Source: Microcoleus sp. (GTDB taxonomy: Bacteria > Cyanobacteriota > Cyanobacteriia > Cyanobacteriales > Microcoleaceae). Taken from it: a stretch of DNA of 64,000 nucleotides. The notes beneath the pieces are model-generated. The model was not told the DNA's origin. It searched no databases and saw only the letters and a program-made list of their open reading frames with translations. The position numbers were made by a program, and so were the translations under genes. This document shows positions 9,450 through 22,020 of the stretch, piece after piece. Positions within the stretch are counted from its first letter, which is position 1, and every line of letters begins with the position of its first letter. The stretch is taken from NCBI GenBank assembly GCA_042408215.1, contig JAYFMW010000017.1:576001-640000 (forward strand). Direction: 5' to 3'.

Positions 9450-10787
9450 TCAATTGACAATTTCGCTGCGAGATACCTTACTAATTCTAGCAGGATTTGC
9501 GGTTAATTCGGGCGGTGAGGCTTGAACAGCCCCCCATTGATTCAAAAAGCCTTTCAACAAAACCTCTTGCTGAGTGCGAAATTCCTCGACATTAGCGCCT
9601 CCATTCATAATCACAAACCACACTGTTTGTTGTTTCTGAGTTGGGAGTGCTCCTCCCAAAGCACTGACATTATCTAAGGTTCCTGATTTGATTACGGCTA
9701 ATTTTGGCAAGGGCCGTTCTGAGAGTATGCCTTTGTCTTTTCCAACTACAGTTAAGACATCGGCAACTGTCATATTATAAGGTTGGAGATAGCGTTCTAG
9801 CGCTAAAAATAAAGCGCAGGCGGCGCGGGGAGAAATGCGGTTTTCTTCGCTTAAGCCGGAACCGTTGACAAGTTGTATTTCTGCGGGTGGAACTCCGGTT
9901 GCTGCTGCTGCTTTTTGGGCGACAACTTTTGCGCCACCGACGGTATCAGCTAACATATCTGCCATCAAATTGTTGCTGTACTGATTCATTTTTTTGATCA
10001 GTTCAGCTAGCGGCAAAGAATAATGTTTAACTAAAGGTTGTCGGCTGTCGGGAACTGCTGGCAAAACTTGGACAGTGCCTTCTATTGTTACTTGGGGTTT
10101 GGGGGTGTTTGGAGGTAGTGTTTGATACTGGGCTGCTGCTTCGGCAGACCATATTTGACTGTTCAATCCTTGTTTGAGTAATTCTCCTGATTTGAGGGGG
10201 TCTAATTCAAAGTTCATGTAAAATTTATCGGCAATTATTAAATTTCCAGTTACTCGTTTGATGCCTTTTTGGTTTAAGGCGTTGCCGAGGGCGATCGCCT
10301 CTTCCCACACAAAAAATGGATCTTCGCTTCCTTGAATAATTAAGTCGCCTTTTAAGACTCCGTTTTCGATTTTGCCGTTGGTGCTAATTAAGGTGATAAA
10401 TTGATGTTCGGGGCCGAAGGTTTGCAGGGCTACCAAAGAGGTTGCTACTTTGGTAATTGAAGCGGCTGGCAGAGGAGTTGTGCCTTGATGATTTGCTAGT
10501 AAAGTATTGCCTGATTGCATCCAAATGCCTTGATTTTCTTTGGCAAAACCTTGTGATGTCAACTCGTTGATGTATGCTTGGATTTTGGTGTTTGTGGCGG
10601 TTTCTGGATTGGTGGTAGAAACTGTTAATGGGCTTGTTAATGGCTGATTTACTGGAATCGGTGACGGAGAAGCTTCAGCCACAGGGGAGGGAGATGACAG
10701 TTCGGGGGATGGAGTAGCGGCGCATCCGTTAATCAGCGCGATCAGGGCGATCGAACTTGCAGTATTCCAGTATTGGGTTTTCAGCAT
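9450..10787 (-). CDS. dacB: D-alanyl-D-alanine carboxypeptidase/endopeptidase (PBP4, peptidase S13), lipoprotein
   Basis: AASITK, YSNN, NGSGLS, KSGTL motifs; lipobox-like INGC. Confidence 0.85.
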   Translation of the reverse strand: MLKTQYWNTASSIALIALINGCAATPSPELSSPSPVAEASPSPIPVNQPLTSPLTVSTTNPETATNTKIQAYINELTSQGFAKENQGIWMQSGNTLLANHQGTTPLPAASITKVATSLVALQTFGPEHQFITLISTNGKIENGVLKGDLIIQGSEDPFFVWEEAIALGNALNQKGIKRVTGNLIIADKFYMNFELDPLKSGELLKQGLNSQIWSAEAAAQYQTLPPNTPKPQVTIEGTVQVLPAVPDSRQPLVKHYSLPLAELIKKMNQYSNNLMADMLADTVGGAKVVAQKAAAATGVPPAEIQLVNGSGLSEENRISPRAACALFLALERYLQPYNMTVADVLTVVGKDKGILSERPLPKLAVIKSGTLDNVSALGGALPTQKQQTVWFVIMNGGANVEEFRTQQEVLLKGFLNQWGAVQASPPELTANPARISKVSRSEIVN

Positions 10788-10992
10788 TCCTTTAATTTTT
10801 ATCTAATTTAACATCAAGTCGGCATGGCCGATGAAAACTCTATCATTGACCTGCACATTTTGGGAGCAATTCTTCAATCTCAAATCTCAAATCGGATGCC
10901 CCATTCCATCACTTTTCTAATATTCTTGTTCATTCGGGGCAACTACGGGGGATGCCCCTACAAAAATCTGTGAAAATTCTCGATCAACTGGT

Positions 10993-11328
10993 TTATCCAG
11001 CTAAACTCCCGATACTCAACGGCACCATCTCGCCGTGCATCGTCAATCCTAATAACATCGGCTCGTTCGGTCGGATCAACTGTCCTGTAAGGGCGCAGCG
11101 TTCCTCTTGCCTCGCTATGGTATCAATGCTGGCTCGAATATCCGATCGCGTAAACATCTGCCGGTACTCTCCCGACTTCTGCTGCACATAATTCCAGAGC
11201 AAATCTCGAATCAAAGCTTGATAGCCCTGATTACCCGCTAATTCTTTCAATCTCTCTTTGAGCTCCCGTTCCAGCCGAATGCTGGTGACTTCCATTTCGG
11301 TGGTTGAGGTTCTGGGTAGGGTATGCAT
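10993..11328 (-). CDS. Ribbon-helix-helix (CopG-like) DNA-binding protein
   Basis: VTSIRLERELKERLKELA..GYQALIRDLLWNYV RHH pattern. Confidence 0.75.
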   Translation of the reverse strand: MHTLPRTSTTEMEVTSIRLERELKERLKELAGNQGYQALIRDLLWNYVQQKSGEYRQMFTRSDIRASIDTIARQEERCALTGQLIRPNEPMLLGLTMHGEMVPLSIGSLAG

Positions 11329-11423
11329 AATATTTTCTCCATGAAAGGGTGGACCTATGTGTAATATCAGTGTAGTATGTTTACAGCTAGATTTAAAATT
11401 CTCTTTACCACGCGCTCCCTGCT

Positions 11424-11678
11424 GTGAAATTTCTCCCCACCTACTCTACCTATCAACTCGATCGCGTCCGCCCCATAAGTCCTACAGAGTCATCGTGCCA
11501 AGTCTTCAGGACGGGCTTTGGGATGGTAACAGAGACATTTTGGGCGATCGGGCGGAATTCTTGGTGCTCAAACTTTGGCTCGAAACTCAAGCTGCTGCTT
11601 CTGTTGTTGAGGAAGTCGGCGAATAACAGACAATTGGACAAATATGTATTGTCTGCGATCGGCGGATTAATTGGGTGA
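11424..11678 (+). CDS. Small hypothetical protein divergent from the RHH gene
   Basis: 84-aa ORF with GTG start; overlapping alternative ORFs make the call uncertain. Confidence 0.35.
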   Translation: MKFLPTYSTYQLDRVRPISPTESSCQVFRTGFGMVTETFWAIGRNSWCSNFGSKLKLLLLLLRKSANNRQLDKYVLSAIGGLIG

Positions 11679-11773
11679 GAAACTGCCATCACCCAAATCA
11701 CTTAATTTATCTCCACTTATCTGCTTCGTTTGTGGTATAATAGACTCGATTATTCATCTTGTTGATTTTTTTT

Positions 11774-12211
11774 ATGGCTAGTTTCAATCAAATCCTTGTC
11801 ATGAGTGCCGTCACCCTTCTAGCTTTGGCTGGTTGCGACAGCGCTAAGGAAGCTTCCACCCCCCAAACCTCATCCCCAGCAATTCCTGCTGCTACTGCTG
11901 TAAGCACATCTGAGAAAGTAGCAGCATCTCAGGGGAATTATCCAGGGTTGAGCACAGTTGTCTCCGATACCAGAGCAGCAGTTCAAACTGGAAACTTTGC
12001 CAAAGCCAAAACGGAATTTGACAAATTCGAGAGTGCCTGGAAGAAAGTTGAAGACGGCATCAAATCTAAAGCTCCAAAAAGCTACGATGCAGTTGAGGAG
12101 GGCGCAGAAAAAGTGATGACTGAACTCAAAAAGTCTCAGCCAAGTAAAGACAACGTGCTTGCAGCATTGCAGTCGCTGGAAAAGACGATAAATAGCATTC
12201 CCAAGTCCTAA
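11774..12211 (+). CDS. Helical-bundle lipoprotein, unknown function
   Basis: Signal peptide with lipobox LAGC. Confidence 0.7.
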   Translation: MASFNQILVMSAVTLLALAGCDSAKEASTPQTSSPAIPAATAVSTSEKVAASQGNYPGLSTVVSDTRAAVQTGNFAKAKTEFDKFESAWKKVEDGIKSKAPKSYDAVEEGAEKVMTELKKSQPSKDNVLAALQSLEKTINSIPKS

Positions 12212-12322
12212 AATTCAGTGCTGAGTGCTTGGTTATAGTTATAATTTTAGAATTCTCAGAAACAAGCACTCAACACTTTCTCCTAACATAACTTCAGGAT
12301 TATACTCAAATTTTTAACCATT

Positions 12323-12607
12323 ATGAAAAAAGCATTTCGCAAATACCACCGCATTCTAGCCATGATTATTGCTTTGCCAATCATCCTCACTGTGTTGACT
12401 GGAATGGCAACAACAATTGTTAGAGAATGGCCGATAAATACAGAAATTTCATCGAGATTATTGTTGAAGATTCATACAGGTGAAATATTTCACCTTCAAG
12501 CAATTTACCCAATTTTGAACGGCTTGGGAATGATTGGCTTGCTAGTGACTGGTTTAAGTATGTCAGGTTTGTTTGACAGAAGAAAGAAGCCGACTTCCAA
12601 GGCTTAA
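12323..12607 (+). CDS. PepSY-associated TM helix protein
   Basis: FRKYHRILA..P...LTG and LLKIHTGE motifs, two TM helices. Confidence 0.75.
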   Translation: MKKAFRKYHRILAMIIALPIILTVLTGMATTIVREWPINTEISSRLLLKIHTGEIFHLQAIYPILNGLGMIGLLVTGLSMSGLFDRRKKPTSKA

Positions 12608-12688
12608 AAATGCTGAGAGTTCAACGGTCAAACTCACTACATTTACAGCAGATTGCAGGTTTATGAAGTACACCCCAGATCGATCCCC

Positions 12689-12995
12689 GTAGGGACGCTC
12701 CGTGCCCTTCTTCGTGTCAACTTAACGTCATTCGTAATTCGTAATTCGTAATTCGTAATTCGTAATTCGTAAAACGTAGTACCAGTCTGCTGTCTGACGA
12801 TTAGGGTTCGATCCCCCCGCATTCTTGCCCCCTACTCAACCCCTACTCCCCTTAAGAAGGGGGGGGACAGGAGTTTGCTCAAAGTCCCCCTTGTTAAGGG
12901 GGATTTAGGGGGATCGAAACTCGGCGATCAACTAAAGATACAAAGGTTTTCAGGCGATTGTTGACACGAAGAAGGGCAAGGAGCCATGTCCCTAC
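12689..12995. mobile_element. Composite palindromic MITE/REP element containing (TTCGTAA)n
   Basis: Outer GTAGGGAC...GTCCCTAC, inner GTGTCAAC...GTTGACAC, central CCCCTTAAGAAGGGG palindrome. Confidence 0.7.
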
Positions 12996-13087
12996 TACTT
13001 GATAAACCTGGGATACGCTGTATTTAAAAGTACGTAGTACAGTCCAGGACGCAAAAACTCAAGAGCAACACTATTGATAGCGGTAAG

Positions 13088-13192
13088 GTTTGGCAAAAAT
13101 CCCAGACCAAATTAACCCCTGGTCGAGTTGCTCAGGCGATGCCTGGAGTTTTAGCTAGGATTGGTACACCAGCTTGTTCTCCCAAACTCCGT
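13088..13192 (+). pseudogene. C-terminal remnant of a DDE transposase (IS4/IS701-like)
   Basis: Translates WQKSQTKLTPGRVAQAMPGVLARIGTPACSPK, a motif recognised from cyanobacterial transposase C-termini. Confidence 0.5.
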
Positions 13193-13381
13193 AACCTTGG
13201 TTCTCAAAATCCCAACATCGGTAATTTCTTTGGCTACGGGTAGTTGGCGCATAAGCTAAGACGCATCTAATTTTTGAAGCTGAACACCGCACGGTAAGGT
13301 TTTAATGCTCCAAAAAGTACAATTTAGATGCGTAGCAGCCGATCGCTTTTGAAGCATAGTTGTCGCCCCCTGAAGGGGGTC

Positions 13382-13431
13382 AAACAAAAGGTGAGACTCA
13401 ACAAATCAATCAAGAATGTTGGGTCTCACCT
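13382..13431 (-). terminator. Rho-independent terminator of giant LamG gene B
   Basis: AGGTGAGACCCAACA-loop-TGTTGAGTCTCACCT-TTTG on minus strand; homologous to 21928-21975. Confidence 0.7.
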
Positions 13432-13476
13432 CTCAGAAATCGGGTATCTCGTTATGACTAAACTCGCTCCAACTGA

Positions 13477-16400
13477 TTATGGTTGTGAGCTAATCCATTC
13501 CAGAATTTGATCGACCTTCTGTTGTAAATTGGCAACATCAACGATGACCTTACCAATACCCACATTTTCATCCCGAACCTTAAACTGACGCACATCACGC
13601 CCAAAGCCCATCAGAGACGGACGTTCCACATAAGTCACCCGGTGCAACACCCGCCAAGTTTTATTGGGTTTACCCGCTTGAGTTTGACGCAAAGCCCGGG
13701 CTTCCTCATCATTACTGCGTAACCATTCCGGGTCAACCACATAATTAAAGAAGTCTTGGAAATGTTGGGTACTGCCTTCGAGATAGAAACTCATAAACCG
13801 ATAACGATCGACCTTTTCCCCTGGAATAATGGGATTATCGTTGTAGTCCGTCACCCCTTTATTTTCCATCCCACTCAAATCAATATTCAACTCAAAACCC
13901 TTGCTACGAGTTTCAGTTTTACTCATGGTTTGAGTCAGGTTAACGGTAGCTTGGGTCGTTAGTTCTACATCAAAGCCCATCTGAAATTCATTCTCAGCAC
14001 CTAACGCCGAAGCCATAGCAAAAGAGCCACCAATAGTATGTTCTACGGTATTAGCAAAGCTTTGAGCTTCGGTTCGCAGTCCACCGTCAGCATCCCAAAC
14101 GTAGGTATTGACAATGTTACGTTTCCCCGCCCGAATTTGGATATTTTCCATTTTCTTCTGCCAACCATCAAAACTTGCCATCGCGTGTACTTGTTTCTCT
14201 TGGTCGGTAATTTTACTTTGGATTTCCGCCTGTTTAGCCTGAGCCGCAGAACTGGTTCCCTGAGCAGCCGCAGCAGTTTCAGCTTTGAATTGTTCAGCCT
14301 GTGCCGTTTGTTCCTCCGTCGTCGCTCCGGTAGTCGGTTTGTCTTCTTCCCGTTGTACGCCAATGGTGGCAGGGCCATCACCACTGTCGATGTTCCGGTT
14401 CAAAGAAGCTTCATCTAGGGAACGCACATTAAAGTTAGAGAAGTAAGATTCCCGTCGCTTGTCCTCTGCTTCGATTTGACGTTTGAGATTGTAGGCTTCT
14501 TGCAAACGATAGTAACTGGCGGGATAGAGCGAACCATACTGCGCTCGCATTTCGGGAACGTGCTTAAAGAAGCGATTGCTGGTAGCACTACTTCCGGTCA
14601 TCCCATCTAAACTACCATTCATGGTGTAAGCCGGATTCATCAAGAAAGTGATGGTGTTGACATCCGGGGGAATGCCATCAACGGGTTGCACTTGATAGCC
14701 GACCATTTTCTTACTTCGGGCTAACCGGGTGACAAACACATCTGCCATATGCGGAGACCACCAAAGCATAGCCGATATTTTTGGGAATAAAGCGGTTGCC
14801 TAAATGGGGGAATTTGGGATCGTCTTCAAATGTACCGCGCAATTCCAGTTTATCGGTCATACTCAGGGAGGAGCTAGAGGTGATACTGCTCTCATTCTGG
14901 AAGTTGGTAGCTGAAGTCCAACTCACCTTTGAAACCATGCTCGAGCTAGCCCCATACTTCGGGTTTCTAGACTCCGACACCCGCTAGACATGACTTCTCA
15001 CATCGCCACCCATGAACGTCTCCGCCGCAGAATCCCAAGCCGCTATCTTGCGATCGCGTCCAATTAAACTCCACATCTTCAGTCATGGTTAATTCCACTG
15101 AAGTTGCACAGTTATAATCGTCGGCTAAGGTGAGGTTTTCACTGGGTACAGGGGGCGCACCTTCGATATAACCGAGCAAAGTGGGAGCAAATTGGGCATT
15201 ACCAATCCATTTTAATTCCAAGGTTTCCAGGGGTTTATCAGATAATAGGTTGACCCCGTTGAGAGTCGGAGCCGCAAACAACCGTCGCATCATCGCCGTT
15301 TTTTGCCCCGTCGTTTGGTCGATGGTCAATCGTGCTATATTCTGCACTCACCACAGAACTGCCAATGCCTCCCCAGGGGGCATTCACTTTCTTCGACGAT
15401 CGTAGCTTCGGTGACAGTGCCATCATTAGCGCCAACGTAGTCTAAGACTTTGTTGGTCGAAATTATGCCATCTAAAGGCAAATAGATTGCCAAACCCGAC
15501 TCTTGACCCATCAGACGTTTATTCAGATCGGCTTTAATTTCTGCTTCAGTACGAGCTTTGTTCCACAAGCGGAATTCAGCCATTTGCCCATCAAAATAGG
15601 CATCAGTAGCCCAGTTACTCCGTCCGATGTAATTAATCGTGCGGTTTACGGTATTAGGCGTTTGACAAGTGCCTGATTGGATTAGCTGACCATTCTTGTA
15701 AATTTTTGTACTACCAGAAGGCTCTTGGGTGACAGCAATGTGTGTCCATTTTCCGAGTTCTAGGAAACCAGCAACTGGTATATTCTGTGCAGCAGTTCCC
15801 CGATGGATCTGGAACAGCAGTGTATTACTCGTGCCTGGATTAAGCAAGAGAATGTTATCAGAAGGCGCTCCATTCCCGAAATCAATAGATTCTCGACCAA
15901 TTTTTAAAGCTGTTGTAACGCACCCAGACTTCTATGCTCAATCCTTGGGAGTAGTTGATGTTCATCGCAGGTAACGAGATGTGACCGTTGACTCCATCAA
16001 ACTTCGTCACCAGATTACTGGGTTTGAGACTAACTCGGTTCACCAATGGGAGCCGCACAAGCCCACCAAATCGGATTAGTCAGCGTCCCGTGTTTACCAT
16101 TACCGGAATTGTCACGGATTTCAGTTCCGGTGGCTTCATTCAGGGGATAGTAAGCCAACAAACCGGATTCATTACCACTAATCAGGGTTCGACTATTGGC
16201 TTCAATCTCCTCATCATTGAGAGCCATTCCCCAAATACGGACTTCTGCAACTTTGCCAAATTGTTCGCCTTGCATCACGGGGGTAAGTGCTAGGTTAGAA
16301 GTAACGTTTGTGGCATTTACTACAGTCCCAGAATTCCCACTCACCAGGTCTAAGACTTTTCCTGTTTCCACCAAATTCAGGGGAAAATAAGCAACTAAGT

Positions 16401-19400
16401 TCGCTTCTTTTCCTGTCAGTCGCTTATTCATATTCGCCTGAATTTCTGCCTGAGTCCGGGCTTTGTTCCAGATGCGAACTTCGGCAATTTGACCATTGGT
16501 AAACTCTGAACCACCGTTGTAACAGCCGATAAAAACACTGGCGTTCATCGCAGGTAGGGCGTTGTTGCCACTGGTTCTTTGGGTGACAAGCACTCCGTCC
16601 AAATAGCTGACAAATCCGTTAGTGGTGTTCCGTTTCCAAGTCATCGCAATGTGATGCCAACTGCCATTTGTGGCAGCATCTCCCACCTTAATTCCTCCAC
16701 CCGTATTCCCATCGGTCGAAATAATATGTAGACCACTCCAGCCAGCAACAATAAAATTTGAAGCATCTTGTTGTCGGACAGCCGATTGTAAACTGGTACC
16801 CTTGAACCAGTATTCGATCGTGATTTCGTCACCCGTGGGCAGTTTAGCGACAGTCTGAATATAATCGCCGTTCCCATCAAAATTCACCACACCATAGTCA
16901 ACGGGTTTGCTAGCCGCGAGATGATTATTACCGATCGCATAAACATCGCCGATGGGTTTCAAGATGGCTTGTTTGATATCTTCTAGCTTTTGCTTGAAGG
17001 TGGCGTTATTGGGGTCAACACTGAGATTAACCTGAGCATCGACTAAAGCTTTGGCTTTGGTATCACCCACTTCCTTACCATCAATGTAGAAACGGGTGGT
17101 GTTTCCATCACCGACAACGGTGAGATGATGCCAACCAGAAGATAATGCTCCCATACTGAAACCACAGTCGTAAAAATATTGTTTCAGGGGGTCATTGGTC
17201 AGATAAATCCCTAATTTTTTGTCCTTGCTAACGACAATGTGCTGATCGGCATTTTGCCCCCGGATGAGAGTATTCCATTGTGCCGTTTGTTGTAAGGGAT
17301 AACAGAACCAAGCTTCGATACTCCAGTCTGGTGTTAAAGACAGAGGTTGATTCAATTTAACAATGCTATTGTCATTGCTAAAATTCAAACAGGGGCGTAG
17401 AGCATTGGGAATCCACTGCTCAAAAGCGGTATTCAGACTATCCGCAGTGGCATCATAGTTAGTACGCCGCATCCGCCCTTGTTTGTCAAAGTAACTCAAT
17501 TGCACATTCCCTTCGCAGGTTTCAAGGGCATTGAGTCCACTAGCAGGACGCACAAAGCCTAATAATGCTCCTTGTGTCACCAAACCCTTAGCATCTTTGG
17601 CAATTTGAGGCATAGTTTGGGGAGTTTGCTGGATCGCTCTGACACCATTGAGAAAGTCAGTGTTTAAGGTGTTGATCTCAGTTTGAATGGCATTGAGTAG
17701 AGCGATAACTTGTTGGAGACGAGTTTGTAGTGCGGTTTTTTGCGCCGCGAGATCAGTGGTAGGAGTTTGTAGGATTTTCAGTTCATTTTGCAACTGAGTT
17801 AATTTTTCTTGCGCTCGTTGTAGCTCAATTGCTTTATTGTTTAAGGCGACTTGGGCATTGGCAATATTATTATTGCTAGGTTTGCCCAGACTGACAATCA
17901 TCCACTGTTGATAAAATTCCCCAGTGAGTTCGTAAACCCCAACATAGCGATCGGCAGTACCGTACATCTCCCATAGATTATCGCCAATACGACTCTTAAT
18001 AATCCAGTAACCGCTAGAATTTTTCTCCACTTTCCAATGGTAACTCGGAGAGCTAGGGTCAGCATTAAGATCCCATATTAGGGGTTGTTGGCGGGAAGGA
18101 GGAACTTTTGCGGTGCGATTATTGGCGGCACCAATAATCCGATAATAACCGGAGTCAGCAGGTTCAAATTTGAAGTCAATGGACTTACCGCTAATATTAG
18201 TAGTCCCCAACAACTTTTCAGTTTGATAATCCCAATAGGTTGTCGATTGTTCACTCCACCGAGAGGTAAATTTACACCAGTAGTTAAACAAGTTGTTAAC
18301 TTCAGTTTGGTAATTCGTCTGGCATTGATTCAGTTGACTTTGGAGACTATTGATCAGACTTTGTTGGTTACTGATTTCTGTTTGTTTGGCACTAATTAAT
18401 TGAGGAATTTGGGTGGAGGAAATTTGTTCTTGAGCTACAATAGCTGCTATTTTGCTTTCTAAATCCCGTTTTTCGACCAGTAAACTTCCTTCTTGTTGCT
18501 CTTTGACTTCTAATAGGGTTAACTTCCCTTCTAAGGATGATTGATTATCGGCCAAAGTTGTTAGATTAACTGTATCGGTGTATCGGGCTTCGGTAATCAC
18601 ATCCGAGATTAACTGAATGCTTTGTTTGCGAATATCTAAAGTCGTCCAAGTCCCTTTGAGATTACCAATCCCAAAAGAGCGGACTAAAGACACACCATCA
18701 GGAACAACAAAACGACATTTGGCCTGATACCATCCGCCACCAATATCGGTAAATTCGGTAGCATTGGGCGTAATATTAATCCAGTCTAAAGAACTGCGAT
18801 TATTTTTGCCTTTGTAGGTAATCGCAAAAATTTTGCCATTGGCTCCATCAACATTATTCGGGTTTAGTGTCGGAGTCACTTTAAACTCAAATTCTTCTGT
18901 GTAAGTCGCACCTTCAGAAACCGCAAAAAGTTCCTCATTTTCGTATTTAATCGCCGGAGTTGTTGTCCCCGGAATGTTACGGGATAAAGAAACAGCACTA
19001 ACATAAGCACCGCCATAAACAATGCCATCATTGTTATTAACGGAAAAATCGAGGACTTGACGCTCTTTCCCTTCTTCAACCACCGCACCCAATCGCCAGT
19101 AACTCATTAAACCGACTTCTTTACCCGTCATTTGCAGGTACATGGTATCTCGGATCTGGGCTTCTGTGCGAGCAACTTTCCAGATGCAGAGTTCCGATAC
19201 TGTACCATCGTAACCACTTCCTAAATCCAATCTCACGGTTTTGGGCAGAGGTCTTTTGTAGCCAGTCCCACTATGCCATAGTGTGCCATTGCGATAGACT
19301 TTCATTTCTCCGGTTGTGGCATTTTTGGTAAAAGCCCAGTGCCCCCATTGCCCTTTATACTCAGTAGGTTGGGCAGCTTTATTGATCCGGTCAAAATCAC

Positions 19401-21195
19401 TGCTATCCCCTCCACAATCAAAGTAAATTACGCCATCACTCCAGGGGAAATGAATGTTCAAAACTCGCTCATTATTAGCACCAGTGGCATAAATAATCGA
19501 ATTCTGTTTCGGTAGGGAATTGCCTCCTTTAGCCCAAAAACTAACCGTAATTTCATTGCCAACTGGCATACTTTCTGGCGGAAGTTTCACCCGATCGTCT
19601 CCCCCATCAAACACTAAACCTCGCCGTTTCATCGATTCCATTTTCAGGTTAACGGCGGTTCCAGTTTGCCATTTAATATCTTCTAGGCTGAAGGTTTTAT
19701 CATCAATTTTCTTGACAATGTAAGTGCCGTTGTAATCGCGGGTATCGACAACTTGTACCGATTCTCCACTATTTAACCCGTGATTAACGGCGGTAATTCT
19801 TAATTTCCCGGTACTGGTAATTTCACAACCCGTAACCGCACCATTAAAGATTAACCCTGTTTGTTCTTCGGGTATAACTTCCCAGTTTCCTAATACTGGA
19901 CTTGGGGGAGTGACTTCAAAGACATTATTATCAATTTTGGTGATACCTTGCTGGAAACTATTGTAATTGCGAGTGCCACTAATTTTAACTTGGTTGATTT
20001 TCGTGGCATCCAGATTAGTCACCGTTGAGGAAACGACATTGACAGCATCTTCGTCTCCCTGTTCTAAACGAGTAATTTGTCCTTGGGGAGGGGGAGCCGT
20101 TGTGCCAATAATTTTGACGTTATCTAAGGTGTTTAAGGGTAATAACACTTGACGAGCAGTGTTACGCCAAATTTTTTGGGTTGCGGTAGGAGCAATTTGC
20201 GATAATGTACCATCTCCGGCGATCGCGAAACTGAAAGCGGCTACATTCCCTGTATTGGTGGGAATAGCTAACATGACTTTGGTACTATCGCGTAATAACT
20301 GCATCCCGTCCTCGGTTTGCTGTTCCCGTTGTACGTCGTATTTCGTAGCACTTAAACCGTTAACAACAGTCAGAGTTCCTAACTCTAAGGTGCGTTTAAT
20401 AATACCCGGAACGTTACGAGGAATCCGATTATCATTTGATTCTTCAAAAACGGTGTAATCTTGCACATCAAACAGCCCTTCATCGGACATCAAAAGTGTG
20501 GTTAATTCCACTTTCTTAGTTTGGCTGTTGTAGGCAAAAATATGCCAGCGATGGACATCATTTTCAATGGTGGGAACTAAGACAACGGAAAACCACCCGC
20601 TTTGCAGGTTATTAATTAAACTTAATTCGGTGGTGGGTTCGTAGAAAAAGTTACCATTGATGTCGCGGAAGTCCAGGGTGTCTATATTAGTGAGTCCACT
20701 GGCTCCTTTTTTCATGTTTTTACTGGCTTCGTGTTTCTGGCGACTGCGCTTAAACCGCACTTCTAGTTTACGGTTCAGTTTATTGGTCATTCCATCTAAC
20801 ACAAAGCGATCGCACAGGAGGGTATTGCTTTTGGATTGACGAAACACATACACATGACCCAAAGCAGAAATCAATTGCACGGGAGCAACAACAGTTTGGT
20901 CAAAAGTTTTGTAGCAAGAACGCAGCACAAAACTACTGGGATTGGTCACATCGGTCAATTCTGCGGTTTCTTGGTCGATGACTGACCGATCGTCAGCTTC
21001 ATTGGGTAATTCTAATTGTTGCCAAGTTTCCCAACCGGTTCTTTGATCTGGTGGGGTGTTGAGGTAGCTGTCTTCAAAGCCGTCTTGTTTGACGCTATAC
21101 CAAATTTTCCCATCGGCATCGGTAGCCACAATGACCACTTTGCCTTCGTGGGAGATGGTATTAATATGTTGGAGTTTTTCTTTGGTTAGGTACAT
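13477..21195 (-). CDS. Giant (~2500 aa) multi-LamG / ricin-B-like lectin / coiled-coil protein, copy B; apparent frameshifts at ~14750-16050
   Basis: ORFs 16030-21195, 15335-15847, 14967-15347, 14711-14980 and 13477-14769 are colinear with copy A; LamG motifs (FDG..D, W.H.A.T, E.RIW..ART..EI). Confidence 0.8.
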
Positions 21196-21660
21196 AGGTT
21201 CTGGTTGTTTGGAATATCGGCTAATGCCGCATTTCTAAGGAATGGAAATTAAATAACTTGAGCATTTGGTTTTTCGGGAAGCCCTTGAGATCCCAAGCAG
21301 GCGGTCAGCCTGCACTACTTTATTAAATTTTCATTCCTAACAAAGATCGCGATCGCTCAAGGTTGCCCTGGGTGCGATCTTGATATTTATCTATCTATAA
21401 ATGCTGATTTCACCAGATATTATCGGTCTCCATCACTGGCTCGTGAGCAATGCTCGACAGATGAGAATCTGACCATAATTATTATTATCGGCTTAAAGTT
21501 ATCAATTCCCTAAATTCTTTACATTTTTTAATAAAGTAAAGCTAAACTAAGAATTTAGGCAACCATCCCGTTTTGATACATTAAATCCCCCTTTTGTCAA
21601 AATAATAAACCAGATATCTTGACCAGGTTTTCCGCCGTTAAATCAAAGTGGTGACATAGA

Positions 21661-21803
21661 TTTTTACCACAAAGACACAGAGAACACAAAGAGATTTTTA
21701 CCTCTTCTGCGTGTCCTCTGTTGTTTGAGGTAGGTAGGGACAAGGCAGTGCCGTGTCCCTACGGTTTCATGTAGTCCACCCAAGTGTCTCTGTGGTGAAA
21801 AAT
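21661..21803. repeat. MITE-like inverted repeat with nested GTAG REP
   Basis: TTTTACCACAAAGACAC...GTGTCTCTGTGGTGAAAAA enclosing GTAGGGACAAGGCAGTGCCGTGTCCCTAC. Confidence 0.6.
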
Positions 21804-21927
21804 TATATTTTGTATTTTTAAATTCGCCAATATGCCGCAGATACTTGTTGATTGGAGAATCAGATATTTTTAAATGTTCTTGGTCGGATGAGGGGAAAAA
21901 AACGCAGCCATTTGTCGGTGGGGTCAC

Positions 21928-21975
21928 AAAAAAGGTGAGACTCAACAAATCAATCAAGAATGTTGAATCTCACCT
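21928..21975 (-). terminator. Rho-independent terminator of giant LamG gene A
   Basis: AGGTGAGATTCAACA-loop-TGTTGAGTCTCACCT-TTTTT on minus strand. Confidence 0.75.
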
Positions 21976-22020
21976 CTAAGAAATCAGGGATATCGTTATG
22001 GCTAAAATAGCCCGAACTGA

